DNA from: Bacteroidales bacterium | Lineage (GTDB): Bacteria; Bacteroidota; Bacteroidia; Bacteroidales; UBA3824 | Length of the DNA stretch: 64,000 nucleotides | Assembly: GCA_024413595.1 (NCBI GenBank) | Contig: JAKSUC010000001.1 | Coordinates: 2,073 to 66,072 of the forward strand | Reading direction: 5' to 3' | Shown here: positions 27,823 through 37,391 of the stretch, one piece after another | Position numbering within the stretch: the first letter of the stretch is position 1 | Layout: the number at the start of each line of letters is the position of its first letter | The notes under the pieces: generated by a model | Databases searched by the model: none | The model's input: the letters and a program-made list of their open reading frames with translations, nothing else | Told to the model about the DNA's origin: nothing | Translations under genes and position numbers: made by a program

Positions 27823-27894
27823 TAGCCGAGCTGGGAATCGAACCCAAATTTACGGTTTAGGAAACCGACGTTCTATCCATTGAACTACTCAGCC
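27823..27894 (-). tRNA. tRNA-Arg (anticodon CCT)
   Basis: The reverse complement folds as a cloverleaf. Acceptor GGCTGAG/CTCGGCT (two G-U pairs), D arm GTTC-AATGGATA-GAAC, and anticodon loop TT-CCT-AA. T arm is TTGGG-TTCGATT-CCCAG with discriminator A. No CCA is encoded. Confidence 0.85.
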
Positions 27895-28025
27895 ATTTAT
27901 GCCACAAAAGTATTATATTTTTGTCCTATTTGCAAAAAAAATATTTGAAGAAAAACAATTTTTAATCTTAAAAAAATCAATTAATTTTGTCGGAAAATAA
28001 TTTTGAAATTTATTTCTATAAAAAT

Positions 28026-28646
28026 ATGAATATTAGCAAAAATAAAGTAGTAGCAATTGGCTATATACTTAGAACCCAAGAAAATGGTTCTATTGTAGAA
28101 GAAACTCCAGATGATCGTCCATTAGAATTTTTATTTGGAAGAGGTATGCTTCTCGAAAAATTTGAATCTTATCTTGATGGATTAAATGAAGGTGATTCAT
28201 TTAAATTTCATCTATCTCCAGCTGAAGGATATGGCGAATATAACCCTAAAATGGTAGTTTCTATCCCTCGTAATGTGTTTGAAAATAATGGAGTTATTGA
28301 TGAAAAAGTAATTTTTGTAGGCAACGTTCTTCCTATGCAAGACAATAGAGGAAATCATTTTAATGGTACTATTCTTGAAATTCTTGAAGAATCAATTAAA
28401 ATGGATTTTAATCATCAAATGGCAGGTAAAGATCTTTATTTTGAAGGAGTTGTTAAATCAGTTCGCGAAGCAACTGAAGAAGAAATTGAACACGGACACG
28501 TTCATCATGAAGGTCATTGTTGTGGACATTGTCACGAACACGAAGATGGTCATAAACATGGCGATCACGAACATTGTGAACATCGTGATAATCCTAATCA
28601 TGAATGTTGTCATGGTACTGGACATTGTGGACATCACAAAGAATAG
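28026..28646 (+). CDS. slyD: FKBP-type peptidyl-prolyl isomerase SlyD with His/Cys-rich metal-binding tail
   Basis: KVVAIGYILRT...PLEFLFGRGMLLEKFE..L.G...GDSFKFHLSPAEGYGEYN matches the SlyD FKBP and insert-in-flap layout. The tail is HGHVHHEGHCCGHCHEHEDGHKHGDHEHCEH..HECCHGTGHCGHH. The ATG at 28026 is preferred over the TTG at 27987 in the track. Confidence 0.85.
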   Translation: MNISKNKVVAIGYILRTQENGSIVEETPDDRPLEFLFGRGMLLEKFESYLDGLNEGDSFKFHLSPAEGYGEYNPKMVVSIPRNVFENNGVIDEKVIFVGNVLPMQDNRGNHFNGTILEILEESIKMDFNHQMAGKDLYFEGVVKSVREATEEEIEHGHVHHEGHCCGHCHEHEDGHKHGDHEHCEHRDNPNHECCHGTGHCGHHKE

Positions 28647-28696
28647 GTTTATTTTTTTGTGATATTAGGTTATAATGAGAATTAAAAATATATTTT

Positions 28697-29155
28697 TTAA
28701 TTCTCATTTTTTTCTTGTCTTTTTTTAAATATTATTAGTTTACTAAAAATATAATTTGCTACCACAACTACTACATTAGCAACAATTTTAGCAATAATTT
28801 CTTTTATTTGTAAAATATCAATCATTATATACATACAAGCCATATCCATACCCAAAGATATAAGTCGAAATATATAAAATTGAATAGCTTCATAAATATT
28901 TTCTTCTCTAGATTTGCCTCTGCTTTCAAAAACCCATAATTTATTTGTTATATAAGCACAAAATACAGCTGTAATCCAACTAATTACATTGGCTATCAAA
29001 TAATTAATATTTAGTAACGAATTACAAATCCAAAACGTTAAAATGTTAACTATTGTACTAACAACTCCAAAAAATATATAATAAATTATTTGTTTATATT
29101 TTATAAATAGAGTAGAAAAACTATTTTCGGTTAATAATTGTCTTATTTTTCCCAT
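28697..29155 (-). CDS. GtrA-family membrane protein
   Basis: 152 aa with four TM helices and the NKLWVFESRG motif after helix 2. Confidence 0.65.
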   Translation of the reverse strand: MGKIRQLLTENSFSTLFIKYKQIIYYIFFGVVSTIVNILTFWICNSLLNINYLIANVISWITAVFCAYITNKLWVFESRGKSREENIYEAIQFYIFRLISLGMDMACMYIMIDILQIKEIIAKIVANVVVVVANYIFSKLIIFKKRQEKNEN

Positions 29156-29206
29156 TTTATGATTAAAATTTGCGCAAAAATTGAATTGTTTTTTGGCTAA
29201 TTATTT

Positions 29207-29728
29207 TTATTCATCAAAAATATTAATTGTTGGAATTGTTTTAAATGAATTAATTATTGTATTTAATTGATTTTCATCAACTTCTCTTGTGTACGAAATC
29301 ACCATAAAATAAATTAAAGGTTTTGTTTTTGATTTAGCTAAAACAAAAATCCAATTAACACCTTTCCCATTGTCTGCACCTGTTGTGTAATAACCATCTA
29401 AATAATTGTTTTGCAATGTTTTTTGTTTTATTTCGTTAAGTTTAATTTTACTATCAAGTGCAAGATTTTGAGTTTTTTGATAATAAATATGTTGAGCTAA
29501 ACTATCAATATTGTTAACATTTTCAGCATCAGTTAATTGTATGCAAACTCCGATATTATCATTAAAACAATTAAAAATTTCATCATCATTAGATGATATT
29601 TGCATATCTTCGTATCCTGTAAATGATATTCCTATTTTTTTACATTCAAATTGTTTTGGTTGTGGTGGTTGACAACTATTTATTGTTAATATAATAGCAA
29701 ATAAAAAAATTAAAAATTTAAGATTCAT
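29207..29728 (-). CDS. hypothetical lipoprotein
   Basis: Signal with lipobox (ILTINSC). 173 aa. Distantly resembles the adjacent upstream ORF. Confidence 0.5.
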   Translation of the reverse strand: MNLKFLIFLFAIILTINSCQPPQPKQFECKKIGISFTGYEDMQISSNDDEIFNCFNDNIGVCIQLTDAENVNNIDSLAQHIYYQKTQNLALDSKIKLNEIKQKTLQNNYLDGYYTTGADNGKGVNWIFVLAKSKTKPLIYFMVISYTREVDENQLNTIINSFKTIPTINIFDE

Positions 29729-29729
29729 T

Positions 29730-30224
29730 TTATTTAGATTTACATAAAGGTTTTGCTGAATTCATAATAATTTCAGCGTTTTCAGTTTCTTCTTCAGAAT
29801 ATTTTATTGAAATGATATTTTTTATGTGATTTTGACATCGTATTTCTTTTATTAAATAATTTTCGTTAAAAGAATTTTTTCCATTAAGAATTTTACAACA
29901 TTTAGTAGCTTCAATTATATTTATTGTTGTAGTGTCGATATTTAGTTCATTAATGGTTTTCATCATAGAGCACATTCCATCATTATTATTTGTTGTATCG
30001 CATGATTGATTATTGTGAATTGATTTTATTGATATAGAAATATTTTTATTAAAAATATAATAAATATTATCATATTTATTTTCTGTCATATCATCTAATA
30101 TTGATATTTTCATTCCAATATTTTCATAAACAATACTTTTAAAAGATTTTTGTTTGCAATAATCAAAATTGATACAGATTAATAAAAATAGAGTACCCAA
30201 AAATATGTTCTTTATTTTTGTCAT
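29730..30224 (-). CDS. hypothetical secreted protein/lipoprotein (paralog-like of 29207..29728)
   Basis: N-terminal signal. 164 aa. Only a 1-nt gap to the next gene. Confidence 0.45.
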   Translation of the reverse strand: MTKIKNIFLGTLFLLICINFDYCKQKSFKSIVYENIGMKISILDDMTENKYDNIYYIFNKNISISIKSIHNNQSCDTTNNNDGMCSMMKTINELNIDTTTINIIEATKCCKILNGKNSFNENYLIKEIRCQNHIKNIISIKYSEEETENAEIIMNSAKPLCKSK

Positions 30225-30371
30225 AAGAAATATATTTCTTTAAATCGAAAATATTTTTTCAAAATTCAACAAAAAAAATAATAACCTCCAAATTAGTTTT
30301 TTTTAATATATAAAAAAAATTATTAAATTTCTAACTAATAAAGTAGTAAGAAAAAATCTTACTACTTTATT

Positions 30372-31046
30372 TTATTCTATTTTAGTCCAAACTAAATCTT
30401 GAATACTTTGATTTTCAGCTAATTTATCAGCAAAAGAATCATATTCTTCAGCAGTAATTGTAGTTTCTGATTGCTTATTATTGTCAAATATTGTATATTT
30501 ATCAGTCCAATTTTCTTCATTATCTTCATCTTCTGAATTTTCAGAATCAATAATTTCTACAGTATCAGTATAAATTAAAGACACTTTGCTATTTTCAAAA
30601 GTAAAATATTTAGTACCTGAAATTTTACTACTTTCATTACCAAACGAAGTTCTAATAGTTTTATCAAATAAAGCTAAATCACCAAATTGCCCCATAATAT
30701 TACTAATAGCAATTAATTTAAATCCTTCTGAATTATTTGTACAAAATGCTGTCCAATTTGGTCCTGAGGTGTATTCGTCTTGATATAAATGACAAATAAT
30801 CATTTCGTTAATACCATCACCATCAATATCATAATTAGTAAAATGAGTAGGTTGATTTTTAGCAACTTGTTCTTCCCCTTCAAAATCAGTAATTTCTTTA
30901 TTCCATTGATTTAAAATAATTTGTACAGCTTCTTTGGCTGTTTTAGGAGTAAAAGATGTTGCTTGATTAGAATTTTGATTATTGTTGCTTGAACAAGAAG
31001 CTAATAATGTGGCAATTGATAAAGCCAAAATCATTTTAATTTTCAT
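30372..31046 (-). CDS. hypothetical lipoprotein with DxDxDG calcium-binding-like (FG-GAP/VCBS-like) motif
   Basis: Lipobox LLASCSS, motif YDIDGDGINEMII, and an acidic C-terminal patch. Confidence 0.45.
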   Translation of the reverse strand: MKIKMILALSIATLLASCSSNNNQNSNQATSFTPKTAKEAVQIILNQWNKEITDFEGEEQVAKNQPTHFTNYDIDGDGINEMIICHLYQDEYTSGPNWTAFCTNNSEGFKLIAISNIMGQFGDLALFDKTIRTSFGNESSKISGTKYFTFENSKVSLIYTDTVEIIDSENSEDEDNEENWTDKYTIFDNNKQSETTITAEEYDSFADKLAENQSIQDLVWTKIE

Positions 31047-31230
31047 AATTGTTTATCTTTAAGGTAATTTATTATAGAAAAAATATCTATTTATGCTATC
31101 AAACATAATTGGGCAAATTTATTAATATTTTAGTAAATTAAGCAAAGTTGTATTTTAATTTTTAAAATTTCAAAACAAATATTTGTCAAATTTATTTTGT
31201 TAAATAATTTTGTGAAAAATAAAAAATCAA

Positions 31231-32679
31231 ATGTCTGAACCAATAGTTGAAGCTGAAAATTTAAAAAAAAAGGCTGCTAATAGCTTATTTTGGAGTGGCA
31301 TAAGTAGTGTTATACAACAAGTTTTAAACTTAGCTTTTGGTATATTTTTAGCCAGATTGTTATCAGAGTCTGATTATGGAATGGTTAATTTGCTTGCTGT
31401 TTTTATTGGAATGGCATATTTAATTCAAGAAGGTGGTTTTCGAGTTGCTTTGATTAATAAAAAAGATGCAACACACGAAGATTATAATTCAGTTTTTTGG
31501 ACAAGTTTTTTTATTGGAGTTTTTCTTTTTTTAGTTTTATTTATTTTAACTCCAACTTTAGCAAATTTTTTTAACGAACCAGAATTAATTAAATTAGGAA
31601 GATTTCAATTTTTAGGTTTCCTAATAGCAAGTCTTTCAACAATTCCTTGGGCTATATTAACCAAAAATTTAAAAAACAAAGAAATTGCAAAATCAACATT
31701 TATTGCAATAGTAATATCTGATACATTGGGACTTATATTAGCAATTAATGGATTTTCATATTGGGGAATTGCCTCTCAAAGTGTTTGCTATGTATTAGTA
31801 TTAACAATATCTATGTGGTTTTATTGTCCATGGCATCCTTCTTTTAAAATATCTTTTAAACCAGTTTTAAAATTTTTGCCATTTAGTATTAAATTATTGA
31901 TTTCTAATATATTTACTTCAATTAATGATAATATTTTCTCGTTTTTGTTAGGAAAAAGTTATTCAAAAAACATTGTAGGAATTTATGCACAAGCTAACAA
32001 ATGGACAACATTGGGTCAACAAACAATTTCAACAGCAATTGAAGGTGTTGCTCAACCATTATTAGTTAAAGCTGATAATCAACAACTTAAAGTTTTTAAT
32101 AAATTAATGCGTTTTTCTGTATTTTTATCATTTCCATGTTTATTAGGATTTGCTTTAATTTCACCTGAAATTATTCCCATTGCAATTGGTGATAAATGGA
32201 TTCCTTGTATTTCAATATTACAAATTTTATGTGTTTGGGCATCATTTTATCCTATATATCAATTATATACAAAACAACTTTTAAGTTGTAAAAAATCAGG
32301 AACTTTAATGTGGATAACTATTTTTAAATGTTTAATTCAATTATTAGTTGTGTATTTTTCATTATCACATGGATTGATTTATGTTGCATTTGGATATGTT
32401 TTGGTTAATATATTGTTTTTAATTATTATACACGTATTTGTTAGTAAACAAACAGGATTAACTTATTTAATGGTAATAAAAAATATAGCACCTTATTTAT
32501 TAATAACAATAGTTTCTTTATTAGGAGGATATTTTGTATCTTCTTATTTTTCAAATATTTATTTAAAATTACTAATAAAAATATTGATAACTGGTGTAAT
32601 GTATATTTTATTATTAAAAATATTTGGTTCTGTAATGCTCAAAGAATCACTGCAATATTTAAAAAAATTAAAAAAGTAG
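31231..32679 (+). CDS. polysaccharide biosynthesis flippase (MOP/Wzx family)
   Basis: 482 aa with about 12-14 TM helices. The N-terminal pattern (AANSLFWSGISSVIQQVLNLAFGIFLARLL) is typical of Wzx-like oligosaccharide flippases. Confidence 0.65.
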   Translation: MSEPIVEAENLKKKAANSLFWSGISSVIQQVLNLAFGIFLARLLSESDYGMVNLLAVFIGMAYLIQEGGFRVALINKKDATHEDYNSVFWTSFFIGVFLFLVLFILTPTLANFFNEPELIKLGRFQFLGFLIASLSTIPWAILTKNLKNKEIAKSTFIAIVISDTLGLILAINGFSYWGIASQSVCYVLVLTISMWFYCPWHPSFKISFKPVLKFLPFSIKLLISNIFTSINDNIFSFLLGKSYSKNIVGIYAQANKWTTLGQQTISTAIEGVAQPLLVKADNQQLKVFNKLMRFSVFLSFPCLLGFALISPEIIPIAIGDKWIPCISILQILCVWASFYPIYQLYTKQLLSCKKSGTLMWITIFKCLIQLLVVYFSLSHGLIYVAFGYVLVNILFLIIIHVFVSKQTGLTYLMVIKNIAPYLLITIVSLLGGYFVSSYFSNIYLKLLIKILITGVMYILLLKIFGSVMLKESLQYLKKLKK

Positions 32680-32711
32680 TAATTTGAGTTTCAAAATTAA
32701 ATCTAATAAAG

Positions 32712-32719
32712 TATATTTG
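32712..32719 (+). promoter_or_regulatory. -7 promoter box (TATATTTG) for dnaX
   Basis: Matches TAnnTTTG. It ends 10 nt before the track's TTG start (32729), so the ATG at 32744 is the more likely start. Confidence 0.4.
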
Positions 32720-32743
32720 TAGAAAATATTGGCGCAAAGAATT

Positions 32744-34504
32744 ATGGAAAACTTTATAGTTTCAGCTCGAAAATATCGTCCCGCATCTTTTGATACAGTT
32801 GTTGGTCAAGGGAGTATAACTGCTACACTCAAAAATGCAATCAAGAATAATCAATTAGCACAAGCATATTTGTTTTGTGGACCACGAGGAGTTGGAAAAA
32901 CAACATGTGCGCGAATATTTGCAAAAACAATAAATTGCATGAATCTAACAGAAGATTTGGAGGCTTGTAATGAATGTGAATCATGTAAAGCATTTAATGA
33001 AAATCGTTCTTATAATATTCACGAACTTGACGCTGCAAGTAACAACTCTGTTGATGATATTCGCCAATTGATTGATAAAGTGCGAATACCTCCACAAATT
33101 GGAAGATATAGCATTTATATCGTTGACGAAGTTCACATGTTGTCTACAGCTGCATTCAACGCATTTTTAAAAACTTTGGAAGAACCTCCTTCTCATGCAA
33201 AATTTATTTTAGCTACAACAGAAAAACATAAAATTCTTCCTACAATTTTGTCACGTTGTCAGATATTTGACTTTAACAGAATGAAGGTTGAAAACATTGT
33301 TGGACACTTACAAAATCTTGCAAAAAAAGAAGGTATAGAAGCAGATACAGATGGACTTAATGTTATTGCTCAAAAAGCAGATGGTGGTATGCGTGACGCA
33401 CTTTCGTTTTTTGACCAAATTGTTAGTTTTTCTGGTAAAAAGTTTACTTATCAAGACGTTATTAATAATCTAAATGTTCTTGATTATGAATATTATTTTA
33501 AACTTATAGAGTATTTTTTAGCAGGAGATATAACAAATTCGCTTTTAACTTTTAACGAAATTATTAGTAAGGGTTTTGATGCTCATCATTTTGTAAGCGG
33601 TTTAAGTCAACATATTAGAGATATTATGGTTTGTAAAGATCAAGCAACTCTTCAATTATTAGAAGTTGGAGCTGGCATAAAAGATCGTTATAAAAAACAA
33701 GCTGAGAGTGTAAGTATTCCATTTTTGTATACAGCACTAAATATCACTAATAAATGTGATTTAGATTATCGAGAAAGCAAAAGTAAAAGATTATTAGTTG
33801 AATTAATGTTGATGCAATTGTGTAATATTGGAAACAAAATTACAGGTCAACAAGTTGTGGTTCAACAAGTAGTTTCAACACAACCTACACAATCTGTTCA
33901 GCCTATACAACAAGTTCAACAACCCAATCAACCAATTCAAAATCAAACAAAAGAAACCATTTCGTCAACAATTCAAGCTTATTCACAAAATTCTCCTGCA
34001 CAACAAATGGCAGATGGGAGAAAAGCAACCGCAAGTATTTCTATAAAAGATTACTTAAAAAATAAAACAATTACGGTTCAACAACCACAACAATCAACAG
34101 AAACCACCACAACAAATAATAGTGTTGTAGAAACTGAAGTTCGAGATTTTACACAAGAACAATTGACAGAATTATGGGGGAAATTAGCAGAAATTTATAA
34201 AGTCAAAAAACCACGTTTACATGCTATTTTTGTTGGGCGACAACCCGTTATAAAAGATAATTATGTAATAGAGATGACGCTTCAAAATTCTCTTCAAGAT
34301 GAAGCTATTAATGAAGTAAAATCAGGATTTATCAATTATTTACGAAAACAATTACATAATTGTAAAATAGATGTTGTAACCAAAATTGATTCTTCAACAG
34401 ACAATGCAACAGCAGTTTATACAGATGCTGACAAATATAGATATTTGAGTAAACAAAATGAAAATTTAGATTTATTAAAAAAAGATCTTAATCTCGATTT
34501 TTAA
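32744..34504 (+). CDS. dnaX: DNA polymerase III subunits gamma/tau
   Basis: ARKYRP..F..VVGQ, Walker A GPRGVGKTT, Zn module CNECESC, Walker B YIVDEVHMLS, and sensor SRCQ. The linker is Q/P/T-rich. Confidence 0.93.
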   Translation: MENFIVSARKYRPASFDTVVGQGSITATLKNAIKNNQLAQAYLFCGPRGVGKTTCARIFAKTINCMNLTEDLEACNECESCKAFNENRSYNIHELDAASNNSVDDIRQLIDKVRIPPQIGRYSIYIVDEVHMLSTAAFNAFLKTLEEPPSHAKFILATTEKHKILPTILSRCQIFDFNRMKVENIVGHLQNLAKKEGIEADTDGLNVIAQKADGGMRDALSFFDQIVSFSGKKFTYQDVINNLNVLDYEYYFKLIEYFLAGDITNSLLTFNEIISKGFDAHHFVSGLSQHIRDIMVCKDQATLQLLEVGAGIKDRYKKQAESVSIPFLYTALNITNKCDLDYRESKSKRLLVELMLMQLCNIGNKITGQQVVVQQVVSTQPTQSVQPIQQVQQPNQPIQNQTKETISSTIQAYSQNSPAQQMADGRKATASISIKDYLKNKTITVQQPQQSTETTTTNNSVVETEVRDFTQEQLTELWGKLAEIYKVKKPRLHAIFVGRQPVIKDNYVIEMTLQNSLQDEAINEVKSGFINYLRKQLHNCKIDVVTKIDSSTDNATAVYTDADKYRYLSKQNENLDLLKKDLNLDF

Positions 34505-34506
34505 AA

Positions 34507-35580
34507 ATGCGTATCAAAAGACTTACATTAGTCAATTTTAAAAACCATGAGTCGCGCGAATTTCTTTTTTCAAAGCGAATTAATTGTTTTACAGGTTGCA
34601 ACGGCGTTGGAAAAACTAATGTTTTAGATGCTTTATATTATTTATCTTTTAGCAAAAGTTTTTTAAATCCAACAGATAATCAAAACATTCGTAATGATGA
34701 AGAATTTTTTACAATTCGTGGAGTTTATGACATTGATGAAATGGAAGAAAATATCGTTTTAAATTTCAACAAAACCAAAGGTAAATCGTTGAAACGCAAC
34801 GATAAAGAATACGAAAAAATATCAGATCATATAGGCTTAATACCTTTAGTTATTATTAATCCTCAAGATATAAAATTAATATTTGATGGAAGTGCTGAAC
34901 GTCGAAAATTTATAGATTCTGCTGTATCTCAAAAAGATACTAAATTTTTAACAGCACTACAAAATTATAATCGTGCACTTATTCAGCGAAATAAATATTT
35001 AAAATCAGCAAATTCAATATTTGATCCATCATTGATGTTGATGTGGAATATGCATTTAATATCAAATGGAAACATTATATTTCAAGGACGTAAAAAATTT
35101 ATAGAAAAATTTACAATTGAATTTCAAAAATATTATTCGTTGATATCAGACCAAAAAGAAATACCAGAATTAAAATATTATTCGCAATTATTAACTAGTG
35201 ATTTAGAAGAATTATTAGAAACCAGTCTCGAAAAAGACCGCGCATTACAATATACATCTTGTGGCATTCATAAAGATGATTTATTGTTTGAAATAGGAGA
35301 GTTGCCATTAAAAAATGCAGGTTCGCAAGGTCAACAAAAAACATATCTTGCAGCCTTGAAACTTGCACAATTTTCATATCTAAAACAAAGTGGTAAAACT
35401 CCAATTTTACTTTTAGATGATATTCTTGATAAATTAGATTCTCAACGTGTAAAACGTATTGTAAATCTGATACTTGAAGAAAATAATTTTGAACAAATAT
35501 TTATAACACATACATCATCTTCTGATATGAAAGAATTGTTTCTTGGTCATGAAGATGATTTTGAGGTGTTTGAGATATAA
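34507..35580 (+). CDS. recF: DNA replication and repair protein RecF
   Basis: N-terminal L.L.NFKNH...F....N.F.G.NG.GKTN.LDA (Walker A), signature GSQGQQKT, and Walker B LLLDDI. Confidence 0.9.
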   Translation: MRIKRLTLVNFKNHESREFLFSKRINCFTGCNGVGKTNVLDALYYLSFSKSFLNPTDNQNIRNDEEFFTIRGVYDIDEMEENIVLNFNKTKGKSLKRNDKEYEKISDHIGLIPLVIINPQDIKLIFDGSAERRKFIDSAVSQKDTKFLTALQNYNRALIQRNKYLKSANSIFDPSLMLMWNMHLISNGNIIFQGRKKFIEKFTIEFQKYYSLISDQKEIPELKYYSQLLTSDLEELLETSLEKDRALQYTSCGIHKDDLLFEIGELPLKNAGSQGQQKTYLAALKLAQFSYLKQSGKTPILLLDDILDKLDSQRVKRIVNLILEENNFEQIFITHTSSSDMKELFLGHEDDFEVFEI

Positions 35581-35581
35581 G

Positions 35582-36277
35582 CTAATCTTTGTGTCTAAAA
35601 ATAGAAGTTCTTTTAGTACGACCTACATATTCATAATTTTTTGACTTTAAAAATATGTAAATTGGATCATTATTTAAATTTTCAACAGAAGATTCGCATT
35701 CTATCATAATATATTTTGGAATATATTTTCCCCAATTGTTAGAAGTTAATACTTGATAATCAAAACCTTCTACATCTATTGTTAGAAAATCTATTATTTG
35801 ATTTTTGGGTAAATAATTATCTAAAATGTTTTCAAGAGTTTGTGTTTGAATAGAAACTTTATTAATTATTTTGTATTTTCCATTTTTACTTCCATCTCTT
35901 TCCTTTGCAAGATTTTGATCAAAAGTATTTAAAGCTCCCTCATTAAAGATATAGAAAGTTAAAGTGTCGCCATTACCAATTCCGTAGTTTAAATTAATAT
36001 CACGTTTTCTATGTTTTTTAAATCTTTTAAATAAATTAGGTGTTGGTTCAATATTTATTCCTTTCCAACCTTGATTATAAAAAAATGCCGTATTAGAAAA
36101 ACGGAAAGGATGATGAGCTCCTACATCAATAAAAAATCCTTTGTAATTTTTTTGATTTTCATAAAATGACGCAAGCAACATATCTTCTCCATCTTGTGAA
36201 AATGACTTTTTCTTATATAGTAATTGTGGAAATAAATAATCAATAATATTATAAGTTATTTTTTTTATTTTAGACAT
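35582..36277 (-). CDS. FkbM-family methyltransferase
   Basis: FIDVGAHHP near the N-terminal third and FLTIDVEGFD later, as in FkbM-type SAM methyltransferases. Confidence 0.6.
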   Translation of the reverse strand: MSKIKKITYNIIDYLFPQLLYKKKSFSQDGEDMLLASFYENQKNYKGFFIDVGAHHPFRFSNTAFFYNQGWKGINIEPTPNLFKRFKKHRKRDINLNYGIGNGDTLTFYIFNEGALNTFDQNLAKERDGSKNGKYKIINKVSIQTQTLENILDNYLPKNQIIDFLTIDVEGFDYQVLTSNNWGKYIPKYIMIECESSVENLNNDPIYIFLKSKNYEYVGRTKRTSIFRHKD

Positions 36278-36421
36278 AATATTTATTATAAAAAATTATA
36301 TTCTTACAAAAATTATTTTGCAAATATATTATAAGTTTTTTTATAAATTCATATTTTAAGAGTTATAATTTCTTTTTTTTTATAAATTATTCATATTTTT
36401 GAGAAATTTAAATTTTTGAAT

Positions 36422-37351
36422 ATGGCTATTAATATAAAAAAAAATGAACAAATAAGAATTCGTTGTTTTATTTTGTTTTTTTTATTATTCCTTTCAACAA
36501 TTTCAGAAGCACAAAATTGTAGAAAACATAAATTTGTAGAAGGTATGTGTACCCGATGTGGAACCTTAGGACCTATAAAAAAAATAGTTGCTGAAATTTC
36601 TTCATCTAAAGAATTAGTTCGTTTTGCAGAATTGGTAAATTCTTGTCCTCAAGGTTATTATTTAAAAAAAGCGGATAAAGATGGGGTAACAATGGTGTAT
36701 TATGTTTATGTAGATGCAATTTTAACTAATGATATTGTATTAAATAATCAAGTATTAGATAAAGATGGAAATTTGATTGAAAATTATGAAAATTTATATG
36801 AGTGGAAAACTATTGGATATGATGCTGATTTAGATGGTGATGGACGAAAAGAAAAAATTCGTATGTGTGGAACTTTTAATGGAAATGGGCATACTATAAG
36901 TGGTGTTTATATAAATCAACCTTATAAATTTAATCAAGGTTTTATTTATGCTACAAACGGTGATTATGAAGATACATATGGTATAACAGAAGTTTTAAAT
37001 TTAGGTATTGTTGATTCTTATATTAATGGTGATCATTGTGTTGGAGCTATTGCTGGTTATGCATATAAATCACATTTCAAAAATTGTTTTGCTATTGCTA
37101 AAGTTGTTGGAGACAGAATAGGAACTGTTTGTGGAGAAAGTCATGAGACTATTTTTACAAATTGTTTTTATCATTATGGTTTTGACATTGAAGCTACACA
37201 AGTTTCAAAATCACAAATTTTGTCTGGAGAATTAACATATAAATTAAATGGTAATCAATCTAATATAATTTGGGGACAGAACATAGGTATTGACAAATAT
37301 CCAAAATCTTATAATGGAAAAAATAAAGTGAAAATTATTTATAGCAATTAA
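36422..37351 (+). CDS. secreted hypothetical protein with GLUG-like repeat motifs
   Basis: Signal peptide ending SEAQN. The repeats VGAIAGYAYKSHFKNCF / IGTVCGESHETIFTNCF resemble GLUG motifs. The ATG at 36422 is preferred over the TTG at 36416. Confidence 0.4.
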   Translation: MAINIKKNEQIRIRCFILFFLLFLSTISEAQNCRKHKFVEGMCTRCGTLGPIKKIVAEISSSKELVRFAELVNSCPQGYYLKKADKDGVTMVYYVYVDAILTNDIVLNNQVLDKDGNLIENYENLYEWKTIGYDADLDGDGRKEKIRMCGTFNGNGHTISGVYINQPYKFNQGFIYATNGDYEDTYGITEVLNLGIVDSYINGDHCVGAIAGYAYKSHFKNCFAIAKVVGDRIGTVCGESHETIFTNCFYHYGFDIEATQVSKSQILSGELTYKLNGNQSNIIWGQNIGIDKYPKSYNGKNKVKIIYSN

Positions 37352-37391
37352 TTTTAAAAATAATTGAATAGCCTTCAAAATAATTTGTTGG

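Noticed and set aside
28363-28662. 99-aa alternative-frame ORF overlapping the slyD 3' end, plus alternative-frame ORFs 21001..21186 and 21027..21323 in the acidic gene
   Set aside because: These are frame shadows of low-complexity coding sequence. The annotated frames carry recognisable motifs (slyD) or the longer coherent ORF.
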